From the NCBI GenBank assembly GCA_964016885.1, contig OZ024753.1, forward strand, positions 44,950,001 to 45,014,000: 64,000 nucleotides of DNA, read 5' to 3'. Positions 41,395-55,532 of this stretch are shown in pieces. Under the pieces are notes generated by a model that was not told where the DNA came from, did not search any database, and saw only the letters and a program-made list of their open reading frames with translations. Numbering within the stretch: position 1 is the stretch's first letter; the number at the start of each line of letters is the position of its first letter. Both the position numbers and the translations under genes were made by a program. This DNA is from Eledone cirrhosa. Taxonomy: Eukaryota.

Positions 41395-41710
41395 TAACAG
41401 AAAGTTGCTTCAAATATTGTTGATACCACTAACAGAAAGTTGTTTCAGATAACGACACCATTAACAAAAAGTTGCTCCAAATATTAACACCACTAACAAA
41501 AGTTGCTCCAAATATTAACACCACTAACAGAAAGTTGTTTCAGATATCGACACCACTAGCAAAAAGTTGCTCCAAATATTAACACCACTAACAGAAAGTT
41601 GTTTCAGATATCGACACCACTAGCAAAAAGTTGCTCCAAATATTGCAGCTCTGGCAGAAAGTTGCTCCAAATATTGTTAAAACCACTAACAAAGCTACTT
41701 CAAATATTGT
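41395..41710. repeat. Degenerate ~31-bp minisatellite
   Basis: caccactaacagaaagttgctccaaatattaa-like units. Confidence 0.8.
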
Positions 41711-42380
41711 TGTCAACTCTGAGAGATAGATATTCCATTTTTAAAATGCAAAATTTTGTCATGGACACCCTTTCATTACCATAATTTTAATGAAAGACAC
41801 TGTCTTTAACCCTTTCTTTACCATATTTCTAAAGGAAAGACTTTAGGAGCACCCTGTATAATCCCGATACTTTTAAATCAGTCCTAGTGTTGCTGACATA
41901 AGAGAATGTTCTGTGGAATATATAAAATATAGGGGAGGGGGGGGGGTCCTTAAACTACAACCAAAGAACACATCGCAGTGAACATGTTTACCAATTCTAA
42001 TTCTAGTCTCTTCCTCTTGATGAAAGATAAAAGTATATTTCAAACTAGAAAAAGAGAGATGGTGAGAGACAAGAATAAAATCAATCAATACTACATAATG
42101 TTCAATAGGAACAATAACTGTAACATTTACCATTTGTGTGTGAGTGTGTGGAAGTAGGTATATTTCAGTCCCAGATCAAATCTGTATGAGTCATCCTAGA
42201 TGCTACACCAGCAACACCAGTGCAGAGATAACAGAAACATTGCACACGCAGTAGAGATTCTCAGAGGCGACAGTAGAGAGATGTGTAAGAACCTTGGGGT
42301 TATGGGTGTAAATTATTGCTTCACTGTGACATAGTCACCCACACATGTTCAGAGAGAGAGAGAGACAGAGTGGGAGAAAA

Positions 42381-42579
<199 letters not shown>

Positions 42580-42696
42580 TGTGTGTGTGTGTGTTGAAAA
42601 TGAAAGCAATGTTTACAGCTCACACCTATACAGGTATAGCTGGCCTGCTACAAGGTTGAATCTCATAAGGGGCTTTCTCAGATATTTTAATCGTGT

Positions 42697-43010
42697 CAAG
42701 TCAGTACCTCCTAACCCTGTCATCACAGTCCTATGTCCCTTTCCTTCCCCTACCAAGTCAGTACCCCCCCAACCCTGTCACCACCATACAGTCCTATGTC
42801 CCTTTCCTCCCCTATAAAGTCAGTACCCCTTAACCCTATCATCACTATACACTTCTATGTCCCATCCCTTCCCCTATCAAGTCAGTACCCTCTAACCCTA
42901 TCATCACTATACAGTTCTATGTCCCATCCTTTCCCCTATCAAGTCAGTACCCTCTAACCCTATCATCACTATACAGTCCTATGTCCTTCTTCCTCCCATA
43001 TCATGTCAGT
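42697..43010. repeat. ~60-bp minisatellite, ~5 copies
   Basis: aagtcagtaccctctaaccctatcatcactatacagtcctatgtccc...cccctatc. Confidence 0.85.
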
Positions 43011-43293
43011 AGCTCTCTCATTAATACATACAACCCTCCTCATAGATTATCATCAGATGTGTTTGTCTTCCCCTCTCAGAACATGAAGAGGTCATTTAAA
43101 GAAATGTCAACCAATGCAACTAACAGTAAACCTAAATGTTGTAACAACTAGATTCTTCTTTAACTGACCCAAACTATAACAGTAAATAACTCACAAAGAC
43201 CATAAACACAAACACACAAACACTAACATACATGTACATATCATGTAATGTCAGTTTTTTCATCCTGGATGTGGTGGAGAGAGTGTGAGAGAG

Positions 43294-43330
<37 letters not shown>

Positions 43331-43397
43331 ATATATACACACACAGACACACACATATATATATATATATGTGTGTGTATACACACATATATACATT

Positions 43398-43463
<66 letters not shown>

Positions 43464-43520
43464 AATGTATATATGTGTGTATACACACACATATATATAT
43501 ATATATGTATACACACACAC

Positions 43521-43551
<31 letters not shown>

Positions 43552-44399
43552 CCTTCTCAGTTATGATCTATAGCTATATTTATTCTCTGACTAGGATGTC
43601 TGATAGCTCTGGGACCATATTTTCTCTTGTGTGGCATTGTTGTAATATAGGAATATAATTCTGTCAACTTTCCTACAGTGTGTGTGTAGATATGTGTGTA
43701 GATGTGTGTGTAGATGTGTGTGACTGTGTGTGTGTGAGTATTTGTGTGCAGGGTGGGTTGTGTGTCTGTGTATAAGTATATGTGTTTGTTTGTGTCTGGT
43801 GCGTGTGTCTATGTGCCTGTAATTCTGTGTGCGTGTGTGTGTGTGTCTGTCTGTATCTGTGTGTGTGTATGTTGAATTATAAGATAGTAAAAATTTATTT
43901 CTTTTGTTGGAGAGTTCCTTCACTATCACAATAAAGTATTTGGTAATCTAATAATTTATTGTGTTGGCAATGAGTCAAAATCTTGCATTGATTTATATTG
44001 TTGCTGGTGTCTTTCGCAGGAAATGGTCTTGAAGCAACAATCTCGCCATTTATTTTATTGTGTGAGGCATTTGGATTGAAGCAACTGTTCATCGTAATAT
44101 ACGTCATCGACGCCATCATCATCATCACCATCAGTTAAATTCCATTTCCACACTACCACAAGTTAGATGGGTTGTCACATTGAGACAAGTGAAGTTCGGA
44201 GACCACATCATGCTCAAACAGATCTGTATTTTGGCTTGCTTTTTACAGCTGGATGCCCTTCCTAAAACCAACCACCTTACAGTGTGGACTGTGTGCTTTT
44301 TTAGTGTGCCACCAAAATGACCATCTAACAGGATGGGCAGGGTGCTTTTTGTCGTGTCACAAACACGACCACCTTGCTTTCTTTTCAATCTTCATAGGT

Positions 44400-44935
44400 C
44401 CTCTGCACACAGTGCACAAGTCTTACTTCCATGCAACATTGCAGTTTGTAGACATGTATCATACAATCTGCCTTTCACTTTTACATCTCTTTGTAGTTAG
44501 ATGCAGTAGTGACTCCCTGAACTTTTTCCATTCTGTTCTCATTCTGGCTACAGAACTTTCAGAACACCCACCTCCACTGCTATTTTGGTCACCCATGTAA
44601 CAGAATCTAACAACTATTTCTACAGGACCCTCTAAGCATTTAATAGAGCTCATTTCCTGTGAGTTCTTGCTGCTTACTGCTCCTGTGCATCTCTACATAT
44701 AAAACCTATGTTCTTTGATAGCCTTCCTGAGATCCTGTTACATCTCTTGTGTACCCATAGCTTGCATTTGGGACATAGGGTGGAATTTCTTTCTACCTAC
44801 TCCTTTCCTGCACACTGAACAAGGCCCTTTCCCTGATGGGATCCGGGCCCTGTTTTCCTTTTTACTTACAAAGACTTCAGTCTTTGCCAAGCTGACTCTA
44901 AGACCTTTTGCTTCCAAGCTATGTTTCCAGGTCAG
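44400..44935 (-). mobile_element. Degenerate RTE-clade LINE internal fragment
   Basis: Minus-strand frames read ..LEAKGLRVSLAKTEV.. followed by a Cys-rich segment and FCYMGDQNSSGGGCSESSVARMRTEWKKFRE, post-RT motifs of RTE LINEs, interrupted by frameshifts. Confidence 0.8.
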
Positions 44936-47144
44936 GTGGTTTCAGACAGTTTGGTATGAAAAATTATTAAACAAGTTCATTCCATCAACCCTGGCAATAT
45001 TTCAAGTGTAAACTGCTGCAGTCTCTTATCATGTCTTCCTATCTTTTGGTCATATAATAAATAATGAATGCTGTCGTGTTATATCAACCAGAGCATGTCT
45101 AATTACTAACTTTCCTTTATACCAAACATTTTAGAGAGAGAGAAAGAGGAAGATGATTGCTTCATAACCAACTAACAACCATAATCTCCACTTCAGACTT
45201 CAATGAAAATATCAAACTCAGTTTACTTACAGATAATATCGATCTGTACTACAGAAAATTAGAGATAATATTTACAATAAAACATAAGAGAAACTCAGGG
45301 AAGAGATAAATTGTTGAGGGAACTGGCTAACTCATTCCTTGCTGTAGTTCTAATGAAATATACTGCCTATGGTGGTGATGGTGATGATAGTGACGATAGT
45401 GGTGATGGTAGGAATAATGATGATGATGATGGTGGTGGAGATAATAATGGTGGTGATGGTGGTGGGAATAATTATGATGGTGGTGGTGGAGATAATAATG
45501 GTGGTGATGGTGATGGGAATAATTATGATGGTGGTGGTGGTGGTGGAGATAATGATGGTGCTGATGCTTGTGGCAACGATGATAATGGTGATGATGCTGG
45601 TGGTGGTGGTGAGGGTAGTGGTAATAATGATGGTGGTAGTGGTGCGGGTAGTGGTGATAATGATGGTGGTGGTGGTGCGGGTAGTGGTGATAATGATGGT
45701 GGTGATGATGATGATGATGGTTCTAGTGATGATGATGATGGTGGTGGCAGCACTGGTGATATGTGATGACGATAATTATGATGATGATTACAATGATGGT
45801 GGTGGTAATAATGATGATGATGATGATGATGATGATGATATACACATTCCCAACAAAAATATTGTCACTCTATAAAATCAATGTTCAAAAAAAGAAAAAA
45901 AAGAAGAAAAAAAAAACTAAAATAATATTTTTAAGAAAATCAAGAATTTAATTATGGCATTCCAATTTTTGCCACCGAAGAAATTGTGACACGAAGCTAA
46001 TTGGCTAAAATACTACGTCAATGTAAAGTTATTCTGTATAAAAGACTATTCTCTAGAGAACCAAACTTATTTAACAACCAAGATCTGTTGATAACAGATT
46101 CCTTTTAAGAGCTTTAGAAATAAATTCTTTTTAATTATTTCCTCAATAACCTGAAGCTGGCTAAAAAATATAATTGCTTCAAATAACTTCATCTATTATA
46201 ATCATCATCATCATTGGGTGTTTTAATGGTAGAGTATCTAGCCCTGTCATGTTACTGGTATTACAGCCCACACCTATGAAGGTTTAGCTGGCCTCCAGTA
46301 AGTTTGTATCTCTAGAGGAGGTTTCTTGGGTGTTTTAATGGTAGAGTCCCCAATTCTATCATGTTGCTGGTATTGCAGCCCACACCTATGAAGGTTTAGC
46401 TGGCCTCCAGTAAGTTTGTATCTCTAGAGGAGGTTTCTTGGGTGTTTTAATGGTAGAGTCCCCAATTCTATCATGTTGCTGGTATTGCAGCCCACACCTA
46501 TGAAGGTTTAGCTGGCCTACTATGAGGTAACATATTGTGGCAAGTTTCTTGAGTATTTTCAAAACAGGGTCTCCTGTCCTATCATGAAAATCAATGTGAA
46601 ACGAAGCATCTTGCTCAAGAACACAACACACTGCCTGGTTCAGGAATCAATCCTCTGACCTTATGATTGTGAGTCTAACACCCTAACCACTAGGCCACAC
46701 AACTTCACCAGTATTAGAAACCCAGTATAAGTTATTTACAGTTCTATTTCTAAACAAACAAACCACTTCTTTGTTTTTTTTACTTCAAAAGCAATCACTC
46801 TGCAGAGAGATTAATAAGTGAATAATATTTCTAACAATGAAGCACAAATAATTCTGAACCGATTGATATGGACAGAAATAGGATTATATGCTTTCTTTGG
46901 AAATCAAAACAATCAATATGATTACTGGGGAAAATATATGTTAGCACTGAACAAATATCGAAAAATTGTTATATAAGATCTTCCAGAGTGAGAAAATCGG
47001 TCAAATTAATTTTACACTTAAAACTGCTGTTTTGACCAAAAAGATTTATAATTTCTTTCCAAGTTAGGAACAAGTGACAATTATAATCCTATCGTACAAT
47101 TAATTGCATGATGTCGAGAAAATTTTCCAATATTTTCACGCACT

Positions 47145-47805
47145 AGTTTTACAAGCAACCATGTTAGGATCACAATAGTTTCATATACCAGTTTTACAGG
47201 CAGCCATGTTAGGATCACAATAGTTTCATATACCAGTTTTCCAGGCAGCCATGTTAGGATCACAATAGTTTTCCAGGCAGCCATGATAGGATCACAATAG
47301 TTTTACAGGCAGCCATGATAGGATCACAATAGTTTTACAGGCAGCCATGATAGGATCACAATAGTTTTACAGGCAGCCATGATAGGATCACAATAGTTTT
47401 ACAGGCAGCCATGATAGGATCACAATAGTTTTACAGGCAGCCATGATAGGATCACAATAGTTTTACAGGCAGCCATGTTAGGATCACAATAGTTTTCCAG
47501 GCAGCCATGTTAGGATCACAATAGTTTTCCAGGCAGCCATGATAGGATCACAATAGTTTTCCAGGCAGCCATGTTAGGATCACAATAGTTTTCCAGGCAG
47601 CCATGTTAGGATCACAATAGTTTTCCAGGCAGCCATGTTAGGATCACAATAGTTTTCCAGGCAGCCACGTTCGGATCACAATAGTTTTCCAGGCAGCCAT
47701 GTTAGGATCACAATATTTTCATGTACCAGTTTTACAGGCAGCCATGTTGGCATCACAATATTTTCATGTACCAGTTGGGCAGGCAGCCATTTTCGGATCA
47801 CAATA
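47145..47805. repeat. 32-bp minisatellite
   Basis: Unit caggcagccatgttaggatcacaatagttttc. Confidence 0.95.
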
Positions 47806-48392
47806 TGAAATCCATTAACAGAGGAGGAACATCTAATTTATTTCAAAGCAATTTCAGACAAGGAAAAGAACAAAACAAAAGGGAATAAAAGAAAGCAACT
47901 GACAGTTATCAATCAGTAAATTCTGTTTTCAATTGAATAAACCACAGAACAATAACATTCTGATAAGATCTATTCTGAGCTAAATAACTTTCTGTTGTGA
48001 TAATAGAGACACGGAAATATAGAGATGTTATAATAATACATGTTATAATTATATATATATATAAATATATATAAGTATGTATATATATATATATATATAT
48101 AACCTCCCAGCCTCACACTCTAAACGTGGTTGGTGTTAGGAAGGGCATCCAGCTGTAGAAAACCCGCCAGACAGTCCTATGCAAGCAATGACAACCACTC
48201 TTGCCTCAAGTGGGAAAACTCCCGTCCAAACCCATGCAAGCGTGGAACATGGACGTTAAACGATGATGATGATATAATATATAGCTCAGGATGTTTCGAC
48301 AGCTAGATCCGGACGGATGGGTGGGTTATGGTCCTCCCAGTATTTTACCACACCCTATCTGATTATAAATATATATGTTGCATATCCAATCT

Positions 48393-48463
48393 TATATATT
48401 TTATCTGATGAAAACGTACTTAAACATCATTGTACCTTTGAAATATGTATAATAAAATATATA
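48393..48463 (+). ncRNA. Second type I hammerhead ribozyme motif of the same family
   Basis: Perfect 12-bp stem I tatatattttat/ataaaatatata. CTGATGA at 48405-48411. Stem II aaa(c)gtac/gtac(c)ttt. GAAA at 48440-48443, then TATGTA, then TA. Predicted cleavage after 48451. Confidence 0.75.
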
Positions 48464-48510
48464 TTTTGATTATGAGAATATTTTTCATTTATTAATATTT
48501 TGAATAATAT

Positions 48511-48642
<132 letters not shown>

Positions 48643-49556
48643 AATAAAAATATAGACATGTTATAATCCTCGACTTGTAAAACATAAAAATATAAACAAA
48701 GGATTAAAAATTATAGAAGACTTTAAACAAAATATATCTGCAAAAAGTCAGACATCAACCAAAATCATTTTACATCTGTTTTCTATATTAGCATGGGTTG
48801 GATGAGTGGATATGATCTGAGAGTGGATGGATCAGGAGACCACATATTGTTCCTGTGTTCCATATTTGGTGTGGTTTCTTTCCAACCATGGATGCTCTAC
48901 CTATCAGAATCAATCAGTGATCAAATATAAACCAATCACCAATCAGTGATCAAATATTGATCGATAAATAATATACTTTGACTTCTTCCACAAGATCCAT
49001 TCTGATGCAGTGTTGTTAATAGACTCACTAGAACCTTGGTATGCTACTGCACAGTGCATCACATGCATCACGCAACATGCATCATGCAATTGTGCATGAT
49101 GCATGCGATCAGGTGAACTGAAGTTAATAGTTTGGCTGAGATTCAACAGAGAGAGATAGGGAGATTAGAATGAGTAGCTGCTTACATGACCAGAGTAGAG
49201 AAAAGGAAATTGCTGTATAGACTCAAATATAAGCCCCCCCCCCCCCCCCCCCCCCATCCTCCCATCTCTATTTTATGTCTCGGAAACAGGCAAAAGTTCA
49301 AATCTCGTTTATAAACCGAGGCAGCTAATCAACATATTATGTTTAGATGACACAGTTTTGAAATTCTTATGAATGGAGAATATATTTATAAAGTTTTAAT
49401 ATTTTGATATTTAGAATGTTTTAAGCGTCATTTAGAGAATAGCTTTTGTTTCACAATTCCATTATATAATGATTTGTTTTACCAATTTCTGACCCATTTG
49501 AAGGCCTTATTCATTCGAGACATATCAAAAACAATAGGAAATATGAATTTTGTATT

Positions 49557-49761
49557 GAAAGTGAAACCAGTGTAATATTCACCTCCAAAGTGAAACTGGT
49601 GTAATATTCACCTCCAAAGTGAAACTGGTGTAATATTCACCTCCAAAGTGAAACTGGTGTAATATTCACCTCAAAGTGAAACTGGTGTAATATTCACCTC
49701 CAAAGTGAAACTGGTGTAATATTCACCTCCAAAGTGAAACTGGTGTAATATTCACCTCCAA
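49557..49761. repeat. 29-bp minisatellite, 7 copies
   Basis: Unit aaagtgaaactggtgtaatattcacctcc. Confidence 0.95.
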
Positions 49762-50789
49762 ACCATAAATATTGTAGCATTTCATTTATACAGAATTTTA
49801 AAGTTGGTGAAAATCAACAAAATATTGACCTCGACTTCCAATGTCAGCCAATCCCCCATTTTACCATTGATTATTTTTTTATCACATATTTCTCAGCTTA
49901 TATTCAGTAGATACCATATGGTAGTTTGACACATGGTTGCAATACTAATTAAGTAGTTTCACTTTGATATCATTAATAGACACCACTGAGGATAGAACTT
50001 CATCAATCATAGTCTCCCATTAACAGATTAGCAGAATAAATGGTATCATATGATATCATATGATATCATATGATATCATATGATATCATATTAAGTTGAA
50101 GAACACAGCAAAACAACTGAAGAGAAGTGAGAAGGATCAATATAAGCTGACTCATGCACCTAATACAAATATATAAATATTACATATTACACAGTGGTAG
50201 ATTAACTAACTATTACCAGTACAGTTTAGCAAATGTGTTTTAAATATTACACACTACACAGTGGTAGGTTAACTAATTACTACTAATACAGATTAGCAAA
50301 TATGTTTTAAATATTAAATATTACACAGTGGTAGTTAACTAACTATTACTAGTACAAATTAGCCAAAATGTTTTAAATATATGGCATCATCATCATCATC
50401 ATCATCATAAGATGACAATTACCATGATTGTGGTAGTGGTGGTGATGATGATGATTGTGGTAATGGTAGTCGTGGTGATGATGATGATTGTAGTAGTGGT
50501 GGTGGTGATGATGATGATGATGTGTTTAATCTCTCAATATATGGCAGCAACCTAATTTATTCAAAATGTGTCACTGTAGAATGTCATTAATCCTTTCATT
50601 AGCATATTTCTAATTAAAGACACTGTCAATAACTTCCAAATCATTTTGAAAATAATCAACAAATGGAAAAGACTTAGTAACTGACTTTCTTGTTATTAAG
50701 CTGGTGTTTGGAACATAAAGTTTCTACATGAAACTATAATGGAAGGTATTTAGATAAATATAAACACTGTAAAATATGCTGTTTGGATT

Positions 50790-51040
50790 CAGAGAACCAG
50801 GGGTGGTTTCAGGGGGTTTTATATCATAGAACCAGGGGTGGTTTCAGATAGTTTTATATCATAGAACCAGGGGTGGTTTCAGGGGGTTTTATATCATAGA
50901 ACCAGGGGTGGTTTCAGGGGGTTTTATATCATAGAACCAGGGGAGGCTTAGATGGTTTTATATCATAGAACCAGGGGTGGCTTAGATGGTTTTATACCTT
51001 TGAAACAAGGGCAGTTTCAGGTGGTTTGGAATCATAGAAC
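50790..51040. repeat. ~35-bp minisatellite at the end of a degenerate MITE
   Basis: Unit agaaccaggggtggtttcagggggttttatatcat. Confidence 0.85.
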
Positions 51041-52388
51041 TGTGTCACTGACCAGGTCGCAGAAAGTGTGATGAACATTTTTATACCAAGAAATAAATGA
51101 TAAATATAAATTTAATCGGAAGCTGTTTTGGTATAGACCCATCCAACCCATGCAAGCCATGCAAACATTGAAAAACAGATATAAAAAGGCTGATGATGAA
51201 TAGTTTTGATTAAAATGATTCTTGTAATTGTTTTAGTTTCAATATACATTCTCGAATGAAGTCATTCGCCAGACTTGCCTAACTCTGAAATCTTGATAAA
51301 TATATCTATCGTTAAATTACTTAATGAACCAAACAAGTTTGTAGTTGGTTTACAGTACTTGAAGCATATGTCACTGCATATAGAAGGACCCAATATTGAG
51401 TGCAATGCCAGAAAATGGTTTCCACATGAAAAGAGATACTGAACTTCACAAAATCTTTTACTGTTCATGTGTGCCACATTATCTAAAGCCAATGGACCGT
51501 GCTAGGAAATCTGATCTAACTAGTTATAACTGTAAAACCACTGGACCATGATGTAAACCCAATCTAACTAATTATAGCTTCGTCATCAGAATTTTTAGCA
51601 TCAGAGACTGAAACATATTGAATGAAATAAAAATAAGATGAACTATTCTATAGAAGAGGGCAATTGTTGTTTTTAATATAAGTTAATGTAAACATGATGG
51701 AAAGAAAATGGTCTGAGAGAGACAGACAGACAGACAAACAGAGAGAGAGAGACAGAGAGAGCAATACAGAGAGAGAGAGAGGTAGATAAAGCAAGAAAGA
51801 GAGTGAGAAAGAGAGAGTGAGAGAGAGAGAAAGATGAAAGAGATATAAGTCTATAGGAGGATTATTTCATCATATTTACCAACAACACAGATGAGATTTG
51901 GCTGTTTACTGTTCACTGAACATTTCAAATAAATTTCAAGAAAGAATTCTACAAGATTGGAATTAGTGGAACAGTACATTTTGATGTTTATTTTGGACTA
52001 GACCAGGCTGTCTGTCTGTCTGTCTGTGTGACTGTCTGTCTGTCTGTCTGTCTGCCTGTCTGTGTGACTGTATCTGTCTGTTTGTCTGTCTGTCTGTGTG
52101 ATTGTATCTGTCTCTGTCTGTGTGTGTGGATGTGTGTGCGTGTGTATAAACATCCATGTTTCCACTCTAGTATGGGTTAGACAAGTTGTCCCGTTGTGAG
52201 ATAGGCCAGATCAGATGACCACGACTTGCTCGTACAGAACTGGGTTTAAGAGGGGGGGGGGGGCGACTACATGTCAGAAAGGGGATGGCAAAGAGAGATG
52301 CTGTATTGAAAAGGACTCATCTAACCCATGCAAGCGTGGAAGATAGACCTTAAACGATGATGATGATGATGATATATATATATATATA

Positions 52389-52744
52389 TATAGAAAAGCT
52401 TCTACAGGACTAGAACTGTTTCATTCGTGAAGAAATCATCAGAAATCACGAATGAAACAGTTCTAGTCCTGTAGAAGCTTTTCTATATTCAAACATTTAT
52501 ACTCTCCTTTGTATTGAGTACCTTACTTACTGTGGTTACCCCCGATTGAACCCAGGATAAACTTATATATATATATAATGTAGAAAGGCTTCTACAGGGC
52601 TAGAACTGTTTCATTGCGGAGAAATCACCAGGAAGTTTCCTGACGATTTCTCCTGAATGAAACAGTTTTAGTCCTGTAGAAGCCTTTCTACATCTAATAT
52701 ATATACTCTGCTTTGTATTGAGTACCTTACTTAGGGATAAACTT
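52389..52744. mobile_element. Two tandem fold-back hairpin elements, family A
   Basis: Inverted repeats at 52389-52487 and 52579-52692 (ttctacaggrctagaactgtttca...tgaaacagttytagtcctgtagaa), each with a shared tail (gtattgagtaccttactta...ggataaactta) ending in (TA)n. Confidence 0.6.
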
Positions 52745-52754
52745 ATATATATAT

Positions 52755-52810
<56 letters not shown>

Positions 52811-54656
52811 GTGTATGCGTGTGTACATACCATTTTTATTCAAGCAGTATGCAGTAAGTTCCGTTATATAAAATATTGGTACCTAAACCTACGACACCAC
52901 CAGGGAAATCTATTTTATTAGTAAATGAAGAAACGTAGAATATGTTTCATGTAAGGTCAAGTTAAGATTATTAAAAGTTCTACGGTAATATATTCTGTCC
53001 AACATACTTCACACATAGCAAAGGTTAAGGAACTTAGAAAGGTTATACAAAATAATTGCTTCTACTTTTGGCACAAGGCCAGCAATTATCCCAGTACATT
53101 ACTGGTACTTTATTTTATCGACCCTGTAAGGATGAAAGGCAAAGTTAACCTCGGCAGAGTTTGAACTCAGACCATAAAGGGCCATAACTCTTTGCTGTAA
53201 AGCATGGCCAGACACTCTACCGATACTGCCTAATGAAAATTATTGTGTACAGTGCTCAGGTGCACTACAACTTGTATCAGCAAGATGATGCCTTACTCTC
53301 TCAGACAATGATAAGGGCCATAACTCTATGCATCAAAGCATGGTGTCCGACCCTCTACCGATAATACAAAAAGAAAGGAAGGAACCGATTATCAGATTGG
53401 ACCAAGGAAGCAATACTTCCATTGCTGATATAATCTGCTGGTCACAATTCCTGGCAGAAGGAAGGAAGGAACCAATTGTTAGATCAGACCAAGGAAGAAA
53501 CATTCACTTTTCCTACAAGCATTAGTTGGATAAGTCTCACAGACAGAGTCACAGTAATGGTCGGTGTTAGTCTGTTCAACCCTTGCTAGCAGAGAAAGAA
53601 GACATTGATGATGGTGGTGATGATGATGGTGATGATGATGGTGGTGATGATGATGGTGATGATGATGATGGTGGTGATGATGGTGGTGATGATGGTGGTG
53701 ATGACAATGTTCACAATTTTAATATATCATATTTTCCTCCTCAGTAAAAAAAAATAATGATTTCTGATTTAGGCACAAGGCCCAACAATCTGGGGAGAGG
53801 AGAAAGTTGATTAAATTGACCCCCAGAGTATCACTGGTACTTTATTTTATCGACCCTGTAAGGATGAAAAGCTAAGTTAACCTTGGCGGGATTTGAAATC
53901 AGTAAAAAAAATAACAGAGTTTCTACAATAAACTCTTTATTGAGTCTGAAAATATTTTCCTCTTTTCAATCTTCATAATTTAAAATCAATTTTGATTCAA
54001 AGTTTTCCAGCTTATAACTCCTTAGTTCAAATAACTAAATTGGATCAAATATCTCTATTTATATCATATTCCTGTTTTACTTAGAGAATCAAAATCTGTT
54101 TGTCCTTATCTTCTGTGATGTGATGAAGCCATGCTTCAATAGTATTGTATATTAATAAATCAATTTTACTGAAAGTGGTTTGATTGCTATCTTTCCCAGC
54201 ATAAGAGTCATGGAGAGAAGTGAAGTCTTTATTTAGCATAAAGATAAAATTAGAATATCTTTCATAGAGAAACTTTCTTAGCATTTCACTGATGAAAGGG
54301 GGAAAGATCTTGTTTACAGAAGCTAATATTTAATCTCATAAAGTATGGAACCCTCTTGAGATAAGATTCATATAATATTGGAAACATTAGAGATAAACTA
54401 AAAGCAGAAAGAATTCAAGAGTTTCCATTCTTGTCTCTTATTTAAACTCAAAACCCAGTTCTCTACACTTTAAACAAATAATTTCACAATTTATTCAAAA
54501 TGTAATAATTATTCAAAGGAAAATAAAAAATATTGCAATAAAAATAAATCAGGTATGTCACCTTGTATGACTTTTGTATTCTACCAGGGTTCTGAAAGGA
54601 CTGCATGGCAACAGAGTAAGCTATAGTGCTTTGATAATTTGATATAGCAGAGATAT

Positions 54657-54846
54657 TTAACCCTTTAGTATTTAAACTGGCCATATCTCTCCTCTTTCTG
54701 TTCAAACTGGCCTCTCATACTGATGTTAAGGTAGTGTTCTCAAAATAAATAATATCAAAATCTCATAGATTTGATATTATGTGAGGTAATTATATAAGGT
54801 AAATCCTTTACCATGAAAATATAATAGTATAATGCTAAAGGGTTAC
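54657..54846 (+). mobile_element. piggyBac-type MITE, family 1 (internally deleted)
   Basis: Same TIRs and body as 13456-13690. Confidence 0.8.
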
Positions 54847-55221
54847 ATCAGCAAGACAAGAGAGATTGTTGTGCCCTTGACACAACTGAAGGGTCATCAC
54901 AACTATTTTTTGGCATGATTTCTACAGTTGTAGAGAGAAGTTTGAAGATAAAAAGTTTGTAGATATTTCAGCTTAATATATATAAATATTGATCAAGATA
55001 ATATTACAGAGCACACACGCCGTTCTTCCAATAAGTATTTACAACATTAACAGAGACTGTTTTGACAGCCAGTGAAAGTATGATTTACTTTCACTTCTAA
55101 TTCCTAATACAGTGAAATGGCAAACATTCAAAACCAAACAAATCCAAAAATAGGGTCAACCAACATCAGGTCAAAATTTAGATAATTAGAAACTATTTCA
55201 TATCTATAAACGTTGGTAGTT

Positions 55222-55532
55222 TCATAAGACTTTCTTAATACTAAACTGTGTTGTCAACGACTTAACTCTTACCATCCTGTACCACATGAAACCACATTCA
55301 TAGGACTTCTTAATACTAAACTGTGTTGTCAATGATTTAACTCTTACCATCCTGTACCACATGAAACCACATTCATAGGACTTCTTAATACTAAACTGTG
55401 TTGTCAACGACTTAACTCTTACCATCCTGTACCACATGAAACCACATTCATAGGACTTCTTAATACTAAACTGTGTTGTCAATGACTTAACTCTTACCAT
55501 CCTGTACCACATGAAACCACATTCATAAGACT
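55222..55532. repeat. 75-bp tandem repeat, 4 copies
   Basis: ttcttaatactaaactgtgttgtcaacgacttaactcttaccatcctgtaccacatgaaaccacattcataggac. The core motif also occurs at 29160-29260 and 29610-29650. Confidence 0.93.

Noticed and set aside
43895-44131. ORF as a possible alternative first exon of dystrobrevin
   Set aside because: It starts in the (GAT)n tail of a retroposon and ends in a stop, and I found no suitable donor or homology.
45311-45875. Gly/Asp/Asn-rich and Met/Val-rich ORFs
   Set aside because: These come from GGT/GAT trinucleotide low-complexity sequence, with no supported splice context.
51262-51492. 76-aa non-repetitive ORF
   Set aside because: No recognisable motif, TTG start and no convincing splice sites, so it cannot be supported as an exon.
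54291-54306. CTGATGA...GAAA motif
   Set aside because: No stem II or stem I pairing, so a chance match.
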